Source: Mobula hypostoma
Taxonomy: Eukaryota
DNA: 64,000 nt
NCBI RefSeq assembly: GCF_963921235.1
Contig: NC_086097.1
Span: 250,854,001-250,918,000, forward strand
Reading direction: 5' to 3'
Part shown: positions 11,721-24,487 of the stretch, piece after piece
Layout of the letters: each line of letters begins with the position of its first letter
Position numbering within the stretch: the stretch's first letter is position 1
Translations under genes and position numbers: made by a program
Notes under the pieces: model-generated
Told to the model about the DNA's origin: nothing
What the model saw: only the letters and a program-made list of their open reading frames with translations
Databases searched by the model: none

Positions 11721-14700
11721 TCTGTTTCCCTGAGAACATCTTTTTCCAATTTATGCTTTCTAAGTTCCTGCCTGATAGCCTCATATTTTCCTTTACGCCA
11801 ATTAAACATTTCCCTAACTTGTTTGTTCCTATCCCTCCCCAATGCTATGGTAAAGGAGATAGAATTGTGATCACTATCTCCAAAATGCTCTCCCACTGAG
11901 AGACCTGACACCTGACCAGGTTCATTTCTCAATATCAGATCAAGTACAGCCTCTCCTCTTGTAGGCTTATCTACATATTGTATCAAGAAACATTCCTGAA
12001 CACACCTAACAAACTCCACCCCATCTAAACCTCTCACTCTAGGAAAATGCCAATCGATATTTGGGAAGTTAAAATCTCCCACCACAACAACTCTGTTATT
12101 ATTACTCCTTTCCAGAATCTGTCTCCCTATCTGCTCCTCTATGTCCCTGTTACTATTGGGTGGTCTATAAAAAACACCCAGTAGAGTTATTGACCCCTGC
12201 CTATTCCTAACTTCCACCCGCAGAGACTCTGTAGATAATCCCTCCATGACTTCCTCCTTTTCTACAGCCATGACACTATCTCTGATCAGCAATGCCATGC
12301 CCCCACCTCTTTTGCCTCCCTCCCTGTCCTTTCTGAAACATCTAAAGCCTGGCACTCGAAGTAACCATTCCTGCCCCTGAGCCGTCCAAGTCTCTGTAAT
12401 GGCCACAACATCATAGCTCCAAGTACTGATCCACGCGCTAAGCTCATCCACTTTATTCATGATACTCCTCGCATTAAAACAGACACATCTCAAACCGTCA
12501 GTCTGAGTGTTTCCCTTCTCTATCACCTGCCTATCCTCCCTTTCGCACTGTCTTCAAGCTATCTCTATTTGTGAGCCAACCTCCCTTTCCTCTGTCACTT
12601 CAGTTTTGTTCCCACCCCCCAGCAATTCTAGTTTAAACTCTCCCCAATAGCCTTTGCAAACCTCCCCGCCAGGAAATTGGTCCCCCTCAGATTCATGTGC
12701 AACCTGTCCTTTTTGTACAGGTCACACCTGTCCCAGAAGAGGTCCCAATGATCCAGAAATCTGAATCCCTGCCCCCTGCTCCAATCTCTCAGCCACGCAT
12801 TTATCCTCCACCTCATTCTATTCCTATACTCACTGTCACATGGCACAGGCTGTAATCCTGAAATTACTACCTTTGAGGTCCTGCTTCTCAACTCCTTTCC
12901 TAACTCCCTGTAGTCTGTATTCAGGACCTCCTCCCTTTTCCTACCTATGTCATTGGTACCAAGACGTACCACGACCTCTGGCTGTTCACCTTCCCACTTC
13001 AGGATAGCATGGACGCAATCAGAAACATCCTGGACCCTGGCACCTGGGAGGCAAACTACCATCCACGTTTCTTTCCTGCGTCCACAGAATCGCCCATCTG
13101 ACCCCCTAACTATAGAGTCCCCTATCACTGCTGCCATCTCATCCTTTCCCTACCCTTCTGAGCCTCAGGGCCAGACTCTATTCCATCATCTAAATCATTG
13201 ATGAACAGCATAAAAAGAAGCAGTCCCAACACCAACCCCTGTGGAACACCACTAGTCACTGGCAACCAACCAGAAAAGGATCCTTTTATTCCTACTCGCT
13301 GCCTCCTACCAATCAGCCAATGCCCCAACCATACCAGTAACTTTCCTGTAATGCCATGGGCTCATAACTTGGTAAGCAGCCTCATGTATGGCACCATGTC
13401 GAAAGCCTTCTGAAAGTTCAAATATAGAACATCCACTGCATCCCCTTTATCCATCCTATGTGTTATGTTCTCAAAGAATACCAACAGGTTGGTCAGGCAA
13501 GATTTTCCCTTAAGAAAACCATGCTGACTTTGCCCTATCTTGTCCTGTGTCACCAAGTACTCCATAACCTCATCCTTTGCAATTGACTCCAACACCTTCC
13601 CAACCACTGAGGTAATGCTAACTTGTCTATAATTTCCTTTCTGCTGCCTTCCTCCTTTCTTAAAGAGTGGACTGACATTTGCAATTTTCCAGTCTTCTGG
13701 CACCATGCCAGAGTCCAATGATTTTTGAAAGATCATTTCTAATGCCACCACAATCTCTAACGGTACCTCTTTCGGAACCCTAGGGTGCAGTTCATCTGGT
13801 CCAGGTGACTTATGTACCTTTAGGTCTTTCAGCTTTTTGAGCACCTTCTCCCTTGTAGTAGTAACTGCACCCACTTCTCTTCCCTCACACTCTACAATAT
13901 CTGACACACTGCTATTATCTTCCACAGTGAAGACTGATGCAAAATACTGATTTAGTTCATCTGCCATCTCCTTGTCCCGTTATTAATTCTCCTGTCTCAT
14001 CTTCTCGCGGTCCTCTATCCACTCTCATCTCTCTTTTATTCTTTACCACTTGAAGAAGTTCTTCTATCCATTTTGATATTGTTTGCTAGCTTGCTTTCAA
14101 TTTTCATTTTTTCCCTCCAAATGATTTGTTTAGTTGCTGTCTGTGGGGTTTTAAAAGCATTCCAATCCTGTCTTCCCAATTTTTTGCTTTGTTGTCTGCC
14201 CTCTCTTTTGCTTTTACATTAGCTTTGACTTCCCTTGTCAGCCAAGGTTGTACTATTTTGCCATTTGACTGTTCCTTTGTTTTTGGAGTACATCTATCCC
14301 GCACCTTCCTCGTTTTCCCCAGAAACTCACACTATTGCATAATACGCTTACTTGGAACTTTTTTTAACTGCATATAGCAATGTAGTGTTGCCACAAAACA
14401 ACAAATTTCAGGATATATTGTAGCGATATTAAACTCGATTCTGATTCTAATTCTGTTGCTCGACCTGCAGAGGTTCTCCAGCAGATTGTTTGTTGCTCCA
14501 GATTCCAGCATCTGCAGTCTTTTCAGCAACACGTCAAAATGCTGGAAGAACTCAGCAGGTCAGGAAGCATGTAGGGAAATGAATAAACCGTCAAGAACCT
14601 CCATTAGGAACCTCTGCAGTTTATGATCTGCGGCCTCTTACGTCTCCATGATCCCGAGGAGGCTTGACAGGGTAGATACAGCGAGGATGCTTCTCTTTTT

Positions 14701-16619
14701 AGGATTCTGTCACCAGTGGGTGAGCCATAGACTTAAGGTTGTCATAGTCTGGGAGGCTATGCTGTAGGTAATGGAATAATCTCCACACCACCAGGTCAGA
14801 AACAGCTACTTCAACCATTTAGTTCTTCAAGCAAGCTGCACAACCCTAATCACTACAGTTCAGCAACACTGTGACCACTCTGATCATTTTGAGAAAAAGT
14901 GGACTTTGTACTTTTTTGTTCTTTTTGTGGTCTTTACTTGTAAAAAAATGTGCATAATGTATGTTTTTCTTGTGAATGCTGCATATCTGACGTTCTCTGC
15001 CTGTGATGCTGCTGCAAGAATTTTGTCATTGCACCTATGCATACATACGTGGTATATTCCTCATGGTAACACGTAGTCAATTTTTAATGTATTGCTGCCA
15101 CAAACAACTAATTTCATGACCTGCAGTCAGAGGCCACTTTATTAGGTACACCTGCTCGTTAATGCAAATATCTAATCGGCCAATCATGTAACAGCAACCC
15201 AGTGCATAAAAGCATGCAGACATGGTCCAGCGGTTCAGTTGTTGTTCAGACCAAACATCAGAATGGAGAAGAAATGTGGTCTAAGTGACTTTGACCACAA
15301 CATGATTGTTGGTGCCAGATGGGGTGGTTTCAGTATCTCAGAAACTGCTGATCTCCTGGGGTTTTCATGAACAACAGTATCTAGAGTGTACAAAAAGAAA
15401 TCTAGTGATTAGCTGTGTGAAGACGCCTTGTTAATGGGAGAGGTTAGAGGAGAATGACCAGACTGGCTCAAGCTGGTAGGAAGATGGCAGTAACTCAAAT
15501 AACCACACAGTGGTGTGTAGGTGTGTAGAAGAGCGTCTCTGGATGCACAACGTGTCAAAACTAGGAGTGGATGTGCTACAGCTGCAGAATACCATGGGTA
15601 TACACTCATTGGCCACTATTATTTATTTATTTTATTGAGACACAGCACAGAACAGGCCCTTCGGCCCTTCAAACTGCACCGCCCAGCAACCCTTGATTTA
15701 ATCCCAGCCTAATCACGGGGTAATTTACAATGACCAATTAACCTACCAACCGGTACGTCTTTGGAACGTGGGAGGAAACCAGAGCACTCGGAGGAAACCC
15801 ACACAGTCACAAGGAGAACGTACAAATTCCTTACAGACAGCGGTGGAAATTGAACCTGGGTGGCTGGTACTGTAAACCACTACGCTGCCGTGCTGCCCCA
15901 AGGTACAGGAGGTACTTAGTAAAGTGACCACTGAGTGTATGTCAGTGACTCTGATTCTGGCATATCCTTGGATTATAAACTAAAACTACTTCAATCCTAC
16001 TGGAACATACACAAGGAATATCTGTTTATGCTGATATACCCGTCATGGAAATGCAGATGGCTCTTCAGGTAGCAGGATGAACATTCAACAGGGTATTTTA
16101 CACTGAGAAAGCTGTTTAACGTCTGTTTAAAAAGGGATTCTGCAAACTGCAAATCAGTTGCATGAAGTCATGAAAACAATGTGACCACCAGGCTTGACGG
16201 GGAAACTGCTCAATCTCTACACTCTGACCGTGTTCCGATGCCAAATATTTCACTTAGTTGTTGTACAGTCATTCAAAACAGATGCCACAAGGGAAAGCTG
16301 CCACAGGCTATCAGAGTGTACAGAAACCCTTACATAATCTCACCATGTACAGTACTGTGCACGTCTATATCACTAGGAAGCCCAAGACTTTTGCACTGAA
16401 TTGTAGTAATTTTATGAACTGCACTGCACTACTGCTGCCGTGAACAATAAAAAAATTTCATGATGTATGTGAGTGATGATAAATCTGATTCTGATCTGGA
16501 ACTCTATTGCAGACTGAGAGTGGAAAGGGGGCAGGGAGAGGGGAATCGTGCTTGGGAAAGGGGGAAAGGTGTGGGGAGGGAGCGAGAAGCACCAGAGAGA
16601 CGTTCTGTAATAAGACCGT

Positions 16620-18890
16620 AAAAGCCATAAGATATAGATGCAGAATTAGACCATTTGGCCCATCGAGTCTGCTCCCCCAGTTCACCATGGCTGATTCATA
16701 TTTCCTCTCAGCACCAGTCTCCTGTTTTCTCCCAGTATCCCTTCATGCCCTGACGAATCAAGAATCAACCTTTGTCTTTAAAAAACTTGGCTTCCCCCAG
16801 CTGCCTGTAGAAATGAATTCCACAGATTCACCACTCTCTGGTTAAAGAAATTCCTCCTCATCTAGACACTAGAATACTACAGCACAGTACAGGCCCTTCG
16901 GCCCTCGATGTTGTGCCGACCCATATATTCCTTTAAAAACAGTACTAAACCCGCACTACCCTGTAACCCTTTATTTTTCTTTCATCCATGTGCCTGTCCA
17001 AGAAGCTCTTAAATACCCCTAATGTTTTAGCCTCCACCACCATCCCTGGTAAGACATTCCAAGCACCCACACCCCTCTGTGTAAAAAACTTACCCCTGAT
17101 GTCTCCCCTAAACTTCCCTCCCTTAACTTTGTACATATGCCCTCTGGTGTTTGCTATTCATGGCCTGGGAAACAGGTACTGACTATCCACCTTATCTAAT
17201 AATCTTGTAGACCTCTATCAAGTCCCCTCTCATCCTTCTACACTCCAAGGAGAAAAGTCCCAGCTCTGCCAGCCTTGCATAAGACTTGTTTTCCAATCCA
17301 GGCAACATCCTGGTAAATCTCCTCTGCACCCTCTCCATAGCTTCCACGTCCTTCCTAAAATGAGGTGAGCAGAACTGAACACAATACTGTAAGTGTGGTC
17401 TCACCAGAGATTTGTAGAGTTGCAACATGACCTCTCTACTCTTGAACTCAATCCCCCTATTAATGAAGCCTAGCATCCCACAGGCCTTCTTAACTATCCC
17501 ATCAAACTGTGCAGCGACCTTGAGAGATGTATGGATTTGAACCCCAAGGTCCCTCTGTTCATCCACACCCTTAAGTAACCAACCATTAACCCTGTACTCA
17601 GCCTTCTGGTTTGTCCTTCCAAAATGCATCACCTCACACTTATCCAGATTGAACTCCATCTGCCACTTTTCTGCCCAACTCTGCATCCTGTCTGTATCCT
17701 CTTGTAACCTTCGACAACCTACAGCTCCATCCACAACTCTTCCAATCTTCATGTCATCCGCAAACTTACTCACCCATCCTTCCGCCTCTTCATCCAGGTC
17801 ATTTATAAAAATCACAAAGAGCAGAGGTCCCAGGACAGATCCTTGCAGCACTCCACTAGTCACCGACCTCCAGGCAGAATACTTTCCTTCCACTACTACC
17901 CTCTGCTTTCTTCCTGTAAGCCAATTTTTTGTCCAAACAGCCAAGGTTCCACTGATCCCATGCCTCATGACTTTCTGGGTGAGTCTCTCGTGGGGAACCT
18001 TGTCAAATGCCTTGCTAAAATCCATGTAGACCACATCGACTGCCCTACCCTCATCAATTTCTTTTGTTACCTTTTCAAAAAACTCAATTAGGCTCGTGAA
18101 GCACGACCTTCCCTTCACAAAGCCATGTTGACTATCCTTGAGTAGACTGTAGTTCTCCAAATGCTCGTAGATCCTATCCTTAAGAATTCTTTCCAATAGT
18201 TTGCAGACACCGACATAAGACTCACCGGTCTATAGTTCCCAGGATTCTCCCTATTACCTTTTTTAAACAAGGGAACTATATTTGCCATTCTCCAATCCTC
18301 CAAAACCTTCCCTGCATCCAAGGAGGATTCAAAGATCATAGCTACTGCTCCAGTGATCTCTTCTCTCACTTCCCACAGCAAACTGGCGTATATCACGTCC
18401 GGCCCTGGGGACTTATCAATCTTGATGTTTTTAAGAAGATCCAACACTTCTTCTTCCTTAATCTCCACATTGTCCAGCACACAGGCCTGTTCTATTTCAA
18501 CCTCACCCTGATCAACGTCCTTTTCACTTTTGAATACTGAAGTAAAGTATTCATTTAGGACCTCCCCACCTGTTCTAAAAGGATGCCCCTCTATTCTGAG
18601 GCTGTGTCCTCTGGACATAGATTCCCACAAAATAGGAAACATCCTCTTCACATCCATTCTGTCAAGGCCTTTCACCATTCAATAGGTTTCAATGAGGTCA
18701 CCCCTCATTCTTCTGAATTCCAGTGAGTACAGACCCAGAGCCATCAAATGCTCTTCATATGACAGGCTATTCAATCCTGGAATCATTTTCGTGAACCTCT
18801 TTTGAACCCTCTCCAATGTCAGCACATCCTTTCTAAGGGGCCCAAACCTGCTCACAATACTCCAAGTGAAGCCCCATCAGTGCTTTATTA
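16620..18890 (-). mobile_element. Nested CR1s: inner element about 16866-18565 inside an outer CR1 3' fragment
   Basis: 334-aa RT ORF at 17192-18196; the outer element resumes (ttcctcctcatct ... ctgttctaaaaggatgccc). Confidence 0.9.
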
Positions 18891-19142
18891 ATCCAATTGT
18901 TTGGAATCAAAATGACCTTGTCTTGTGTCTCAGGGCTGGATGAGTCTGCACCCACACCACCTCTGTCCCCGGCATTCCTTCTCTGACCCCTGTCCCACAC
19001 CCCACCCATGGCACACCACCCTCACCATCCCCAAAGTCCTTTGCTCCTGTGCTCCCACCAAATTTACAAACTCACTCTTGGCTCAATGATGACAAATACA
19101 GTACTGTGCAAAAGTTTTCGGAACCCTAGTTATATTAATGTG

Positions 19143-21779
19143 TTAACACTAATCCTAACCTTACTATTAAACCCGCTGATAAGGGGTGTGCTGTTGTAGT
19201 CTGGCGTACTGACCTCTACCTTGCCGAGGCACAGAGACAACTCACGGATACCTCCTCTTATTTACCTCTTGATCATGACTCCACTAAGGAGCACCAGGCC
19301 ATTGTCTCCCACACCATCACCAACTTCATCAGCTCAGGGGATCTCCCATCCACTGCTACCAATCTTATAGTTCCCACACCCCGCACTTCCCGTTTCTACC
19401 TCCTACTCAAGATCCACAAACCTGCCTGTCCAGGTAGACCCATTGTCTCAGCTTGCTCCTGCCCAACCAAACTCGTTTCTGCATACCTCGACACTGTTTT
19501 ATCCCCCCTGGTTCAATCCCTTCCCACCTATGTTCATGACACTTCACACGCTCTGAATTTTTTCAATGATTTTAAGTTCCCTGGTCCCCACCACTTTATT
19601 TTCACCATGGATGTCCAGTCCCTATAGATCTCCATCCCCCACCAGGAAGGTCTCAAAGCTCTCCACTTCTTTTTGGATTCCAGACCTAACCAGTTCCTCT
19701 CTACCACCACTCTCCTCTGTCTAGCAAAATTAATCCTTACTCTTAATAATTTCTCCTTTGGCTCCTCTCACTTCCTCCAAACTAAAGGTGTAGCCATGGG
19801 CACCCGTATGGGTCCCAGCTATGCCTGCCTTTTTGTTGGCTTTGTGGAACAGTTCATGTTCCAGGCCTATACTGGTATCTGTCCCCCACTTTTCCTTCGC
19901 TATATCGATGACAGCATTGGCGCTGCTTCCTGCATGCATGCTGAGCTCGTTGACTTCATTAACTTTGCCTCCAACTTTCACCCTGCCCTCAAGTTTACCT
20001 GGTCCATTTCCAACACCTCCCTCCCCTTTCTTGATCTTTCTCTCTCTATCTCTGGAGACAGCTTATCTACTGATGTCTACTATAAGGCTACTGACTCTCA
20101 CAGCTATCTGGACTATTCCTCTTCTCACCCTGTCTCTTGCAAAAATGCCATCCCCTTCTCGCAATTCCTCCGTCTCCGCCGCATCTGCTCTCAGGATGAG
20201 GCTTTTCATTCCAGGACGAAAGAGATGTCTTCCTTTTTTAAAGAAAGGAGCTTCCCTTCCTCCACTATCAACTCTGCTCTCAAACGCATCTCCCCCATTT
20301 CATGCATATCTGCTCTCACTCCATCCTCCCGTCACCCCACTAGGAATAGGGTTCCCCTTGTCCCCACCAACCACCCCCCACCCAGCCTCCGGGTCCAACA
20401 TATTATTCTCCGTAACTTTTGCCACTTCCAACAGGATCCCAACACCAAGCACATCTTTCCCTCCCCCCCCGCTTTCCGCAGGGATCGCTCCCTACGTGAC
20501 TCCCTTGTCCATTCGTACCCCCCATCCCTCCCCACTGATCTCCCTCCCAGCATTTAGCCTTGTAAGCGGAACAAGTGCTACACGTGCCCTTACACTTCCT
20601 CCCTTACCACCATTCAGGGCCCCAGACAGTCCTTCCAGGTGAGGCGACACTTCACCTGTGAGTCGGCTGGGGTGATATACTACGTCCGGTGCTCCCGATG
20701 TGGCCTTCTATGTATATTGGCAAGACCCGATGCAGGCTGGGAGACCATTTCGCTGAACACCTACGCTCTGTCTACCAGAGAAAGCAGGATCTCCCGGTGG
20801 CCGCACATTTTAATTCCACGTCCCATTCCCATTCTGATATGTCTATCCACGGCCTCCTCTACTGTAAAGATGAAGCCACACTCAGGTTGGAGGAACAACA
20901 CCTTATATTCCGTCTGGGTAGCCTCCAACCAGATGGCATGAACATTGACTTCTCTAACTTCCGTTAATGCCCCTCCTCCCCTTCGTACCCCATCCCTTAT
21001 TTATTTAATAAATAAATAAATAAATAAATAGCCAGAGTCTCGAGATTTTCAGACGGACTCTGTCTGCAGCGGTCGGGTGCTTCCAGTGGTGCTGCATCGG
21101 CAAGTTGGTGGCGCTTGGAGGTTCGTGGCAGGGAGAGTTCCTCCCTTCTGCCGCCTGCGTGGGATGATGAGTCTATCGGGACTTTGAGACTTTTTTTTAC
21201 CGTGCCCATGGTCTGCTCTTTATCAAATTATGGTATTGCTTTGCACTGTTGTAACTATATGTTATAATTATGTAGTTTTGTCAGTTTTAGTCTTGGGTTT
21301 GTCCTGTGTTTTCTTGTGACATCATTCTGGAGGAACGTTGTATCATTTTTTAATGCATGCATTTCTAAATTACAATAAACGAGGACTGAGTGTCCTCATA
21401 ATCTAATAATAATATATTTTTTATTTTTTCCCCTTTTTTTCTCTCTCTGTCCCTCTCACTATAACTCCTTGCCTGATCTCCATCCTCTGGGTTCCACTCC
21501 CCCTTTCTTTCTCCCGAGGCTTCCATCCCATGATCCTCTCCCTTCTCCAGCCTTGTATCCCTTTTGCCAATCACCTGTCCAGCTCTTGGCTCCATCCCTC
21601 CCCCTCCTGTCTTCTCCTATCATTTTCAATAGCCCCCTCCCCCTCCCACTTTCAAATCTCTTACTATCTCTTCTTTCAGTTAGTCCTGACGAAGGGTCTC
21701 GGCCTGAAACGTCAACTGTATCTCTTCCTAGAGATGCTGCTTGGCCTGCTGCGTTCACCAGCATTTTTTGTGTGTGTTG
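19143..21779 (+). mobile_element. Penelope-like retroelement, 5'-truncated and disabled (RT, Cys linker, GIY-YIG endonuclease, hammerhead-bearing 3' end)
   Basis: KPADKG, KIHKP..PGRPIVS, GVAMGTRMGPSYA, RYIDD, CKRNKCYTC, YIGKTRCRLGDHFAEH...LEEQHLIFRLGSLQPDGMN. Stops near 19626 and 20555 plus frameshifts. Flanked by TTAATGTG at 19135-19142 and 21780-21787. Confidence 0.9.
21682..21718 (+). ncRNA. Minimal hammerhead motif in the 3' terminal region of the Penelope-like element
   Basis: AGTC-CTGACGA-AGGGTCTCGGCCT-GAAAC-GTC-AACTG, one stem I mismatch. Confidence 0.7.
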
Positions 21780-22179
21780 TTAATGTGCCTAAGAAATTGG
21801 GAGGAAATTGGGATCCAATGTCAACACTAATCTCTAGATATTGTCACTACTTTGCAGGGAAAATGTATTCAAATCATTGTCAGAATATGACAAAAATAAT
21901 ATGATTAATTTCTGAGCTCGTGCGTTAATTCTGTGCAGACGAAATGGTCAACCTACTGGACAAACCTCTATATAATCCGGTTCAAATTGATAATTTGTCA
22001 TTTCTAACACCTGTGATCTTAGAAATGTTTTGAACTGATCTTGTTAAGGGATGATTTTGATACACGAACAGAAAGGAAGTTTTTTCCTGCATTGATCCGG
22101 ACTGATGAACACCATCACAGCAAATCTACTCTCGCCATTGACAGCTTCCAACTTCAACATTCAATGCTCAAAGCTCAAA

Positions 22180-22185
22180 TTTATT
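22180..22185 (-). terminator. Candidate polyadenylation signal of RAD54B
   Basis: AATAAA on the minus strand about 165 nt after the stop codon. Confidence 0.4.
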
Positions 22186-22348
22186 ATGTATACTTCGATC
22201 AACAACACCAAACCTGAGAACAACAGATAGGCCAGGGATAATCCAAAAAAATATTCATACAGGATCTATCACCAAGCTTCTAAACAAAGTCAGTAGAATT
22301 TGAAATGAAATTCTAGTGCAGGCATGAGTACTTGTTTCCATCGGCTCC

Positions 22349-22572
22349 TCAGCTGAACACAGTCTGTGGTTTTGTCGTGTTTCGAAACAGGAAGGTTATA
22401 TTTTCTTTTGCGCTTTCAAGATAAGGATCTGGAATGTGTTGGACTTTTCCAGAGTAGTGTTTCCAGTACATTAGTTCGGACATGGAAGGGTTCTCTTGGG
22501 AATCAACCATTCCTGAGCTCCGGCTCAGTTGACAAGAACGAGGAGTCTGGTACTTCTCTGCCGTGTTTGCTA
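22349..22572 (-). CDS. RAD54B: RAD54B last coding exon
   Basis: ...PRSCQL...SMSELMYWKHYSG...PDPYLESAKENITFLFRNTTKPQTVFS*, TGA at 22351-22349, acceptor ttttttcccctag. Matches the recalled RAD54B C-terminus (SMSQLKQWKHFSG...DPFL...NVSFIFQN). Confidence 0.92.
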
Positions 22573-22689
22573 CTAGGGGAAAAAAAACACATTAGTTGAA
22601 ATAAAGCTGTTAGAACAGCACTCTGAAAATGTTTTCACAGAATAAATCTGATGGTTACAAAGAGTACAATTCCACCTTTGGCACATTGT

Positions 22690-23224
22690 TTCTGCTGGGG
22701 CCACCTTAAAAGATGTGCTGGCATTGGAGAGGGTTCAGAGAAGGTTCACGAGAATGATTCTGGGAACGAAAGGGTTAACATATGAGGACATTTGATGGCT
22801 CTGGGCCTGTACTCACTGGAATTAAGAAAAATGGAGGGGGGGATCTCATTGAAACCTATCAAATATTGAAAGTCCTGGACAGAGTGGATGTGGAGAAGAT
22901 GTTTCCTATCGTGGGGGAGTCTAGGATCAGAGGGCACAGTCTCAGAATAGAGGAACATCCAGTTAGAACAGAGATGAGGAGGAATTTCTTGAGCCAGAGG
23001 GTGGTGAATCTGTGGAATTTTTGCCACAAACAGCTGTGGAGGCCAAGTCATTGGGCATATTTAAAGCAGAAGTTGATAGGTTTTTGATGAGTCAGGTCAC
23101 AAGAGATTGCGGGGAGAAAGCAGAAGAATGGGGTTGAGAGGGATAATAAATCAGCCATGATGGAACACGAAGCAGACTCAATGGGCTGAATGGCCTAAAT
23201 GTGCTCCTATGTCTTATGGTCTTA
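22690..23224 (+). mobile_element. CR1 3' fragment; similar fragments at about 1350-1720 (+), 4270-4542 (-), 45875-46485 (-), 54060-54880
   Basis: GDLIETYQILK..DRVD..MFP...RGHSL...RNFLSQRVVNLWN motif. Confidence 0.85.
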
Positions 23225-23337
23225 AGAACTAATCAGTCCGGCAACATAAGTAAACTGAATAATCCTCAGAAAAATTTGGTTTTGAGAGGCACAAAAGCCT
23301 AGAAGTGTAATAGTTCTGGCTTGCAACACACTGTACA

Positions 23338-23872
23338 TCCAATCAGTGGCCATGCTATTAACAATACCTGCTTGTTAATGCAAATATCTAATCAGCCAAT
23401 CATGTGGCAGCAACTCAATGCATAAAAGCATATAGACATGGTCAAGAGGTTCAGTTGTTGTTCAGACCAAACATCAGAATGGGGAAGAAATGTGATCTAA
23501 GTGACTTTGACGGTGGAATGATTATTGGTGTCAGGTGGGGTGGTTTCAGTATCTCAGAAACAGCTGATCTCCAGAGATTTTCATGCACAACAGTCTCTAG
23601 AGTTTTCAGAGAATGGTGAGAAGAACAAAAAACATCCCGTGAGCACAAACGCTTTGTTAATGAGAAAGATCAGAGGAGAATGGCCAGACTGATTCAAGCT
23701 GACAGTAACTCAGATAACCACATGTTACAACAGCGGTGTACAGAAGAGCATCTCTGAATGCATAACACGTTGAATCTTAAAGTGGATGGGCTTCAGCAGC
23801 AGAAAACCAGGAACATACGTGTAGTGTCCACTTTATTAGGTACAGGAAGAATGAATAAAGTGGCCACTTAGA
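23338..23872 (+). mobile_element. Tc1-family deletion derivative; other copies at 15124-15937 and 56069-58170 (split)
   Basis: TIR (CACT)CAGTGGCCACTTTATTAGGTAC; HTH N-terminus MGKKCDLSDFDGGMIIGVRWGGFSISETADL...TVSRVFREW. Confidence 0.85.
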
Positions 23873-23875
23873 ATA

Positions 23876-24487
23876 CACTACTGTGCAAAATTGTTAGGCA
23901 CCATAGATTTTTTTAAATGTTTTCAGACGGTATGGGCCTCCACAGAGCCCATACGATTAGGAGTTTGTACGTTCTCCCTGTGACCATGTGGGTTTCCTCT
24001 GGGTGCTCTGGTTTCCCCCCATTGACACCTACCGGTTGGTAGGTTAATTGGTCATTGTAACTTGTCCAGTGATTAGGCTACTGTTAAATTGGGGGTTGCT
24101 GGGCAGCTCGAAGGACCGTAATGGTCTGTTCCACACTGTATCTCAATCAATCAATCTCAACATCCTCAAGGCTGTCTGGGATTACCTGGAGAGGCAAAAT
24201 CAAGCGAGACAACCAAAGTCTGCACAAGAACTGTGGTAAGTTCTCCAAGATGCATGGAACAACTGACCAGACAATTTTCTTATAAAACTGTACAATGGTG
24301 TACCTAAGAGAATTGATATAAAATCAAAGGGCGGACACACCAAATATTGGTTTAAATTAGTTTTTTTACTGTTTACTGCTATTTAGAGTTTTTTTTATAT
24401 TTAAAAACTTTTCACTTCATTATTTTTTAAAGCATCTTCGCTTTACAGGATTTTTTTTACATGTACCGAAGACTTTTGCACAGTGCA
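23876..24487 (+). mobile_element. Second Tc1-family remnant (transposase C-terminus) with a SINE insertion; related short MITEs at about 45575-45642 and 45745-45810
   Basis: TIR (CAG)TACTGTGCAAAA; LNILKAVWDYLER...ELW*VLQDAW...PKRI...KGGHTKY. Confidence 0.75.

Larger units (their letters stand above)
7280..13175 (-). mobile_element. Near full-length decayed CR1 (ORF1 esterase, APE endonuclease, RT), interrupted at 8429-8904 and about 9795-11720
   Basis: ORF1 VIGDSIVRG / LGTNDIG / DRLHMN (12628-13137); APE NARS, ITETW, GDFNFP, GDSDHN (11561-12526 ORF); RT pieces at 7364-9785. Confidence 0.9.
6400..14330 (-). mobile_element. Outer CR1 LINE, split into about 6400-7275 and 13176-14330
   Basis: ORF2 fragments (KSPGPDELHPRV, QHGFLKGKSCLTNL, GVPQG, KYNVGKC). 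The two halves join across the insertion just around the KFADD motif. Confidence 0.85.

Noticed and set aside
12628..13137. SGNH/GDSL esterase ORFs (also about 31995-32493 and 41921-42613) as host or captured enzymes
   Set aside because: This is the known ORF1 esterase domain of CR1 elements, directly upstream of APE-RT in each case.
19821..20642. 273-aa Pro/Ser-rich ORF
   Set aside because: Alternative-frame shadow of the C/T-rich Penelope RT.
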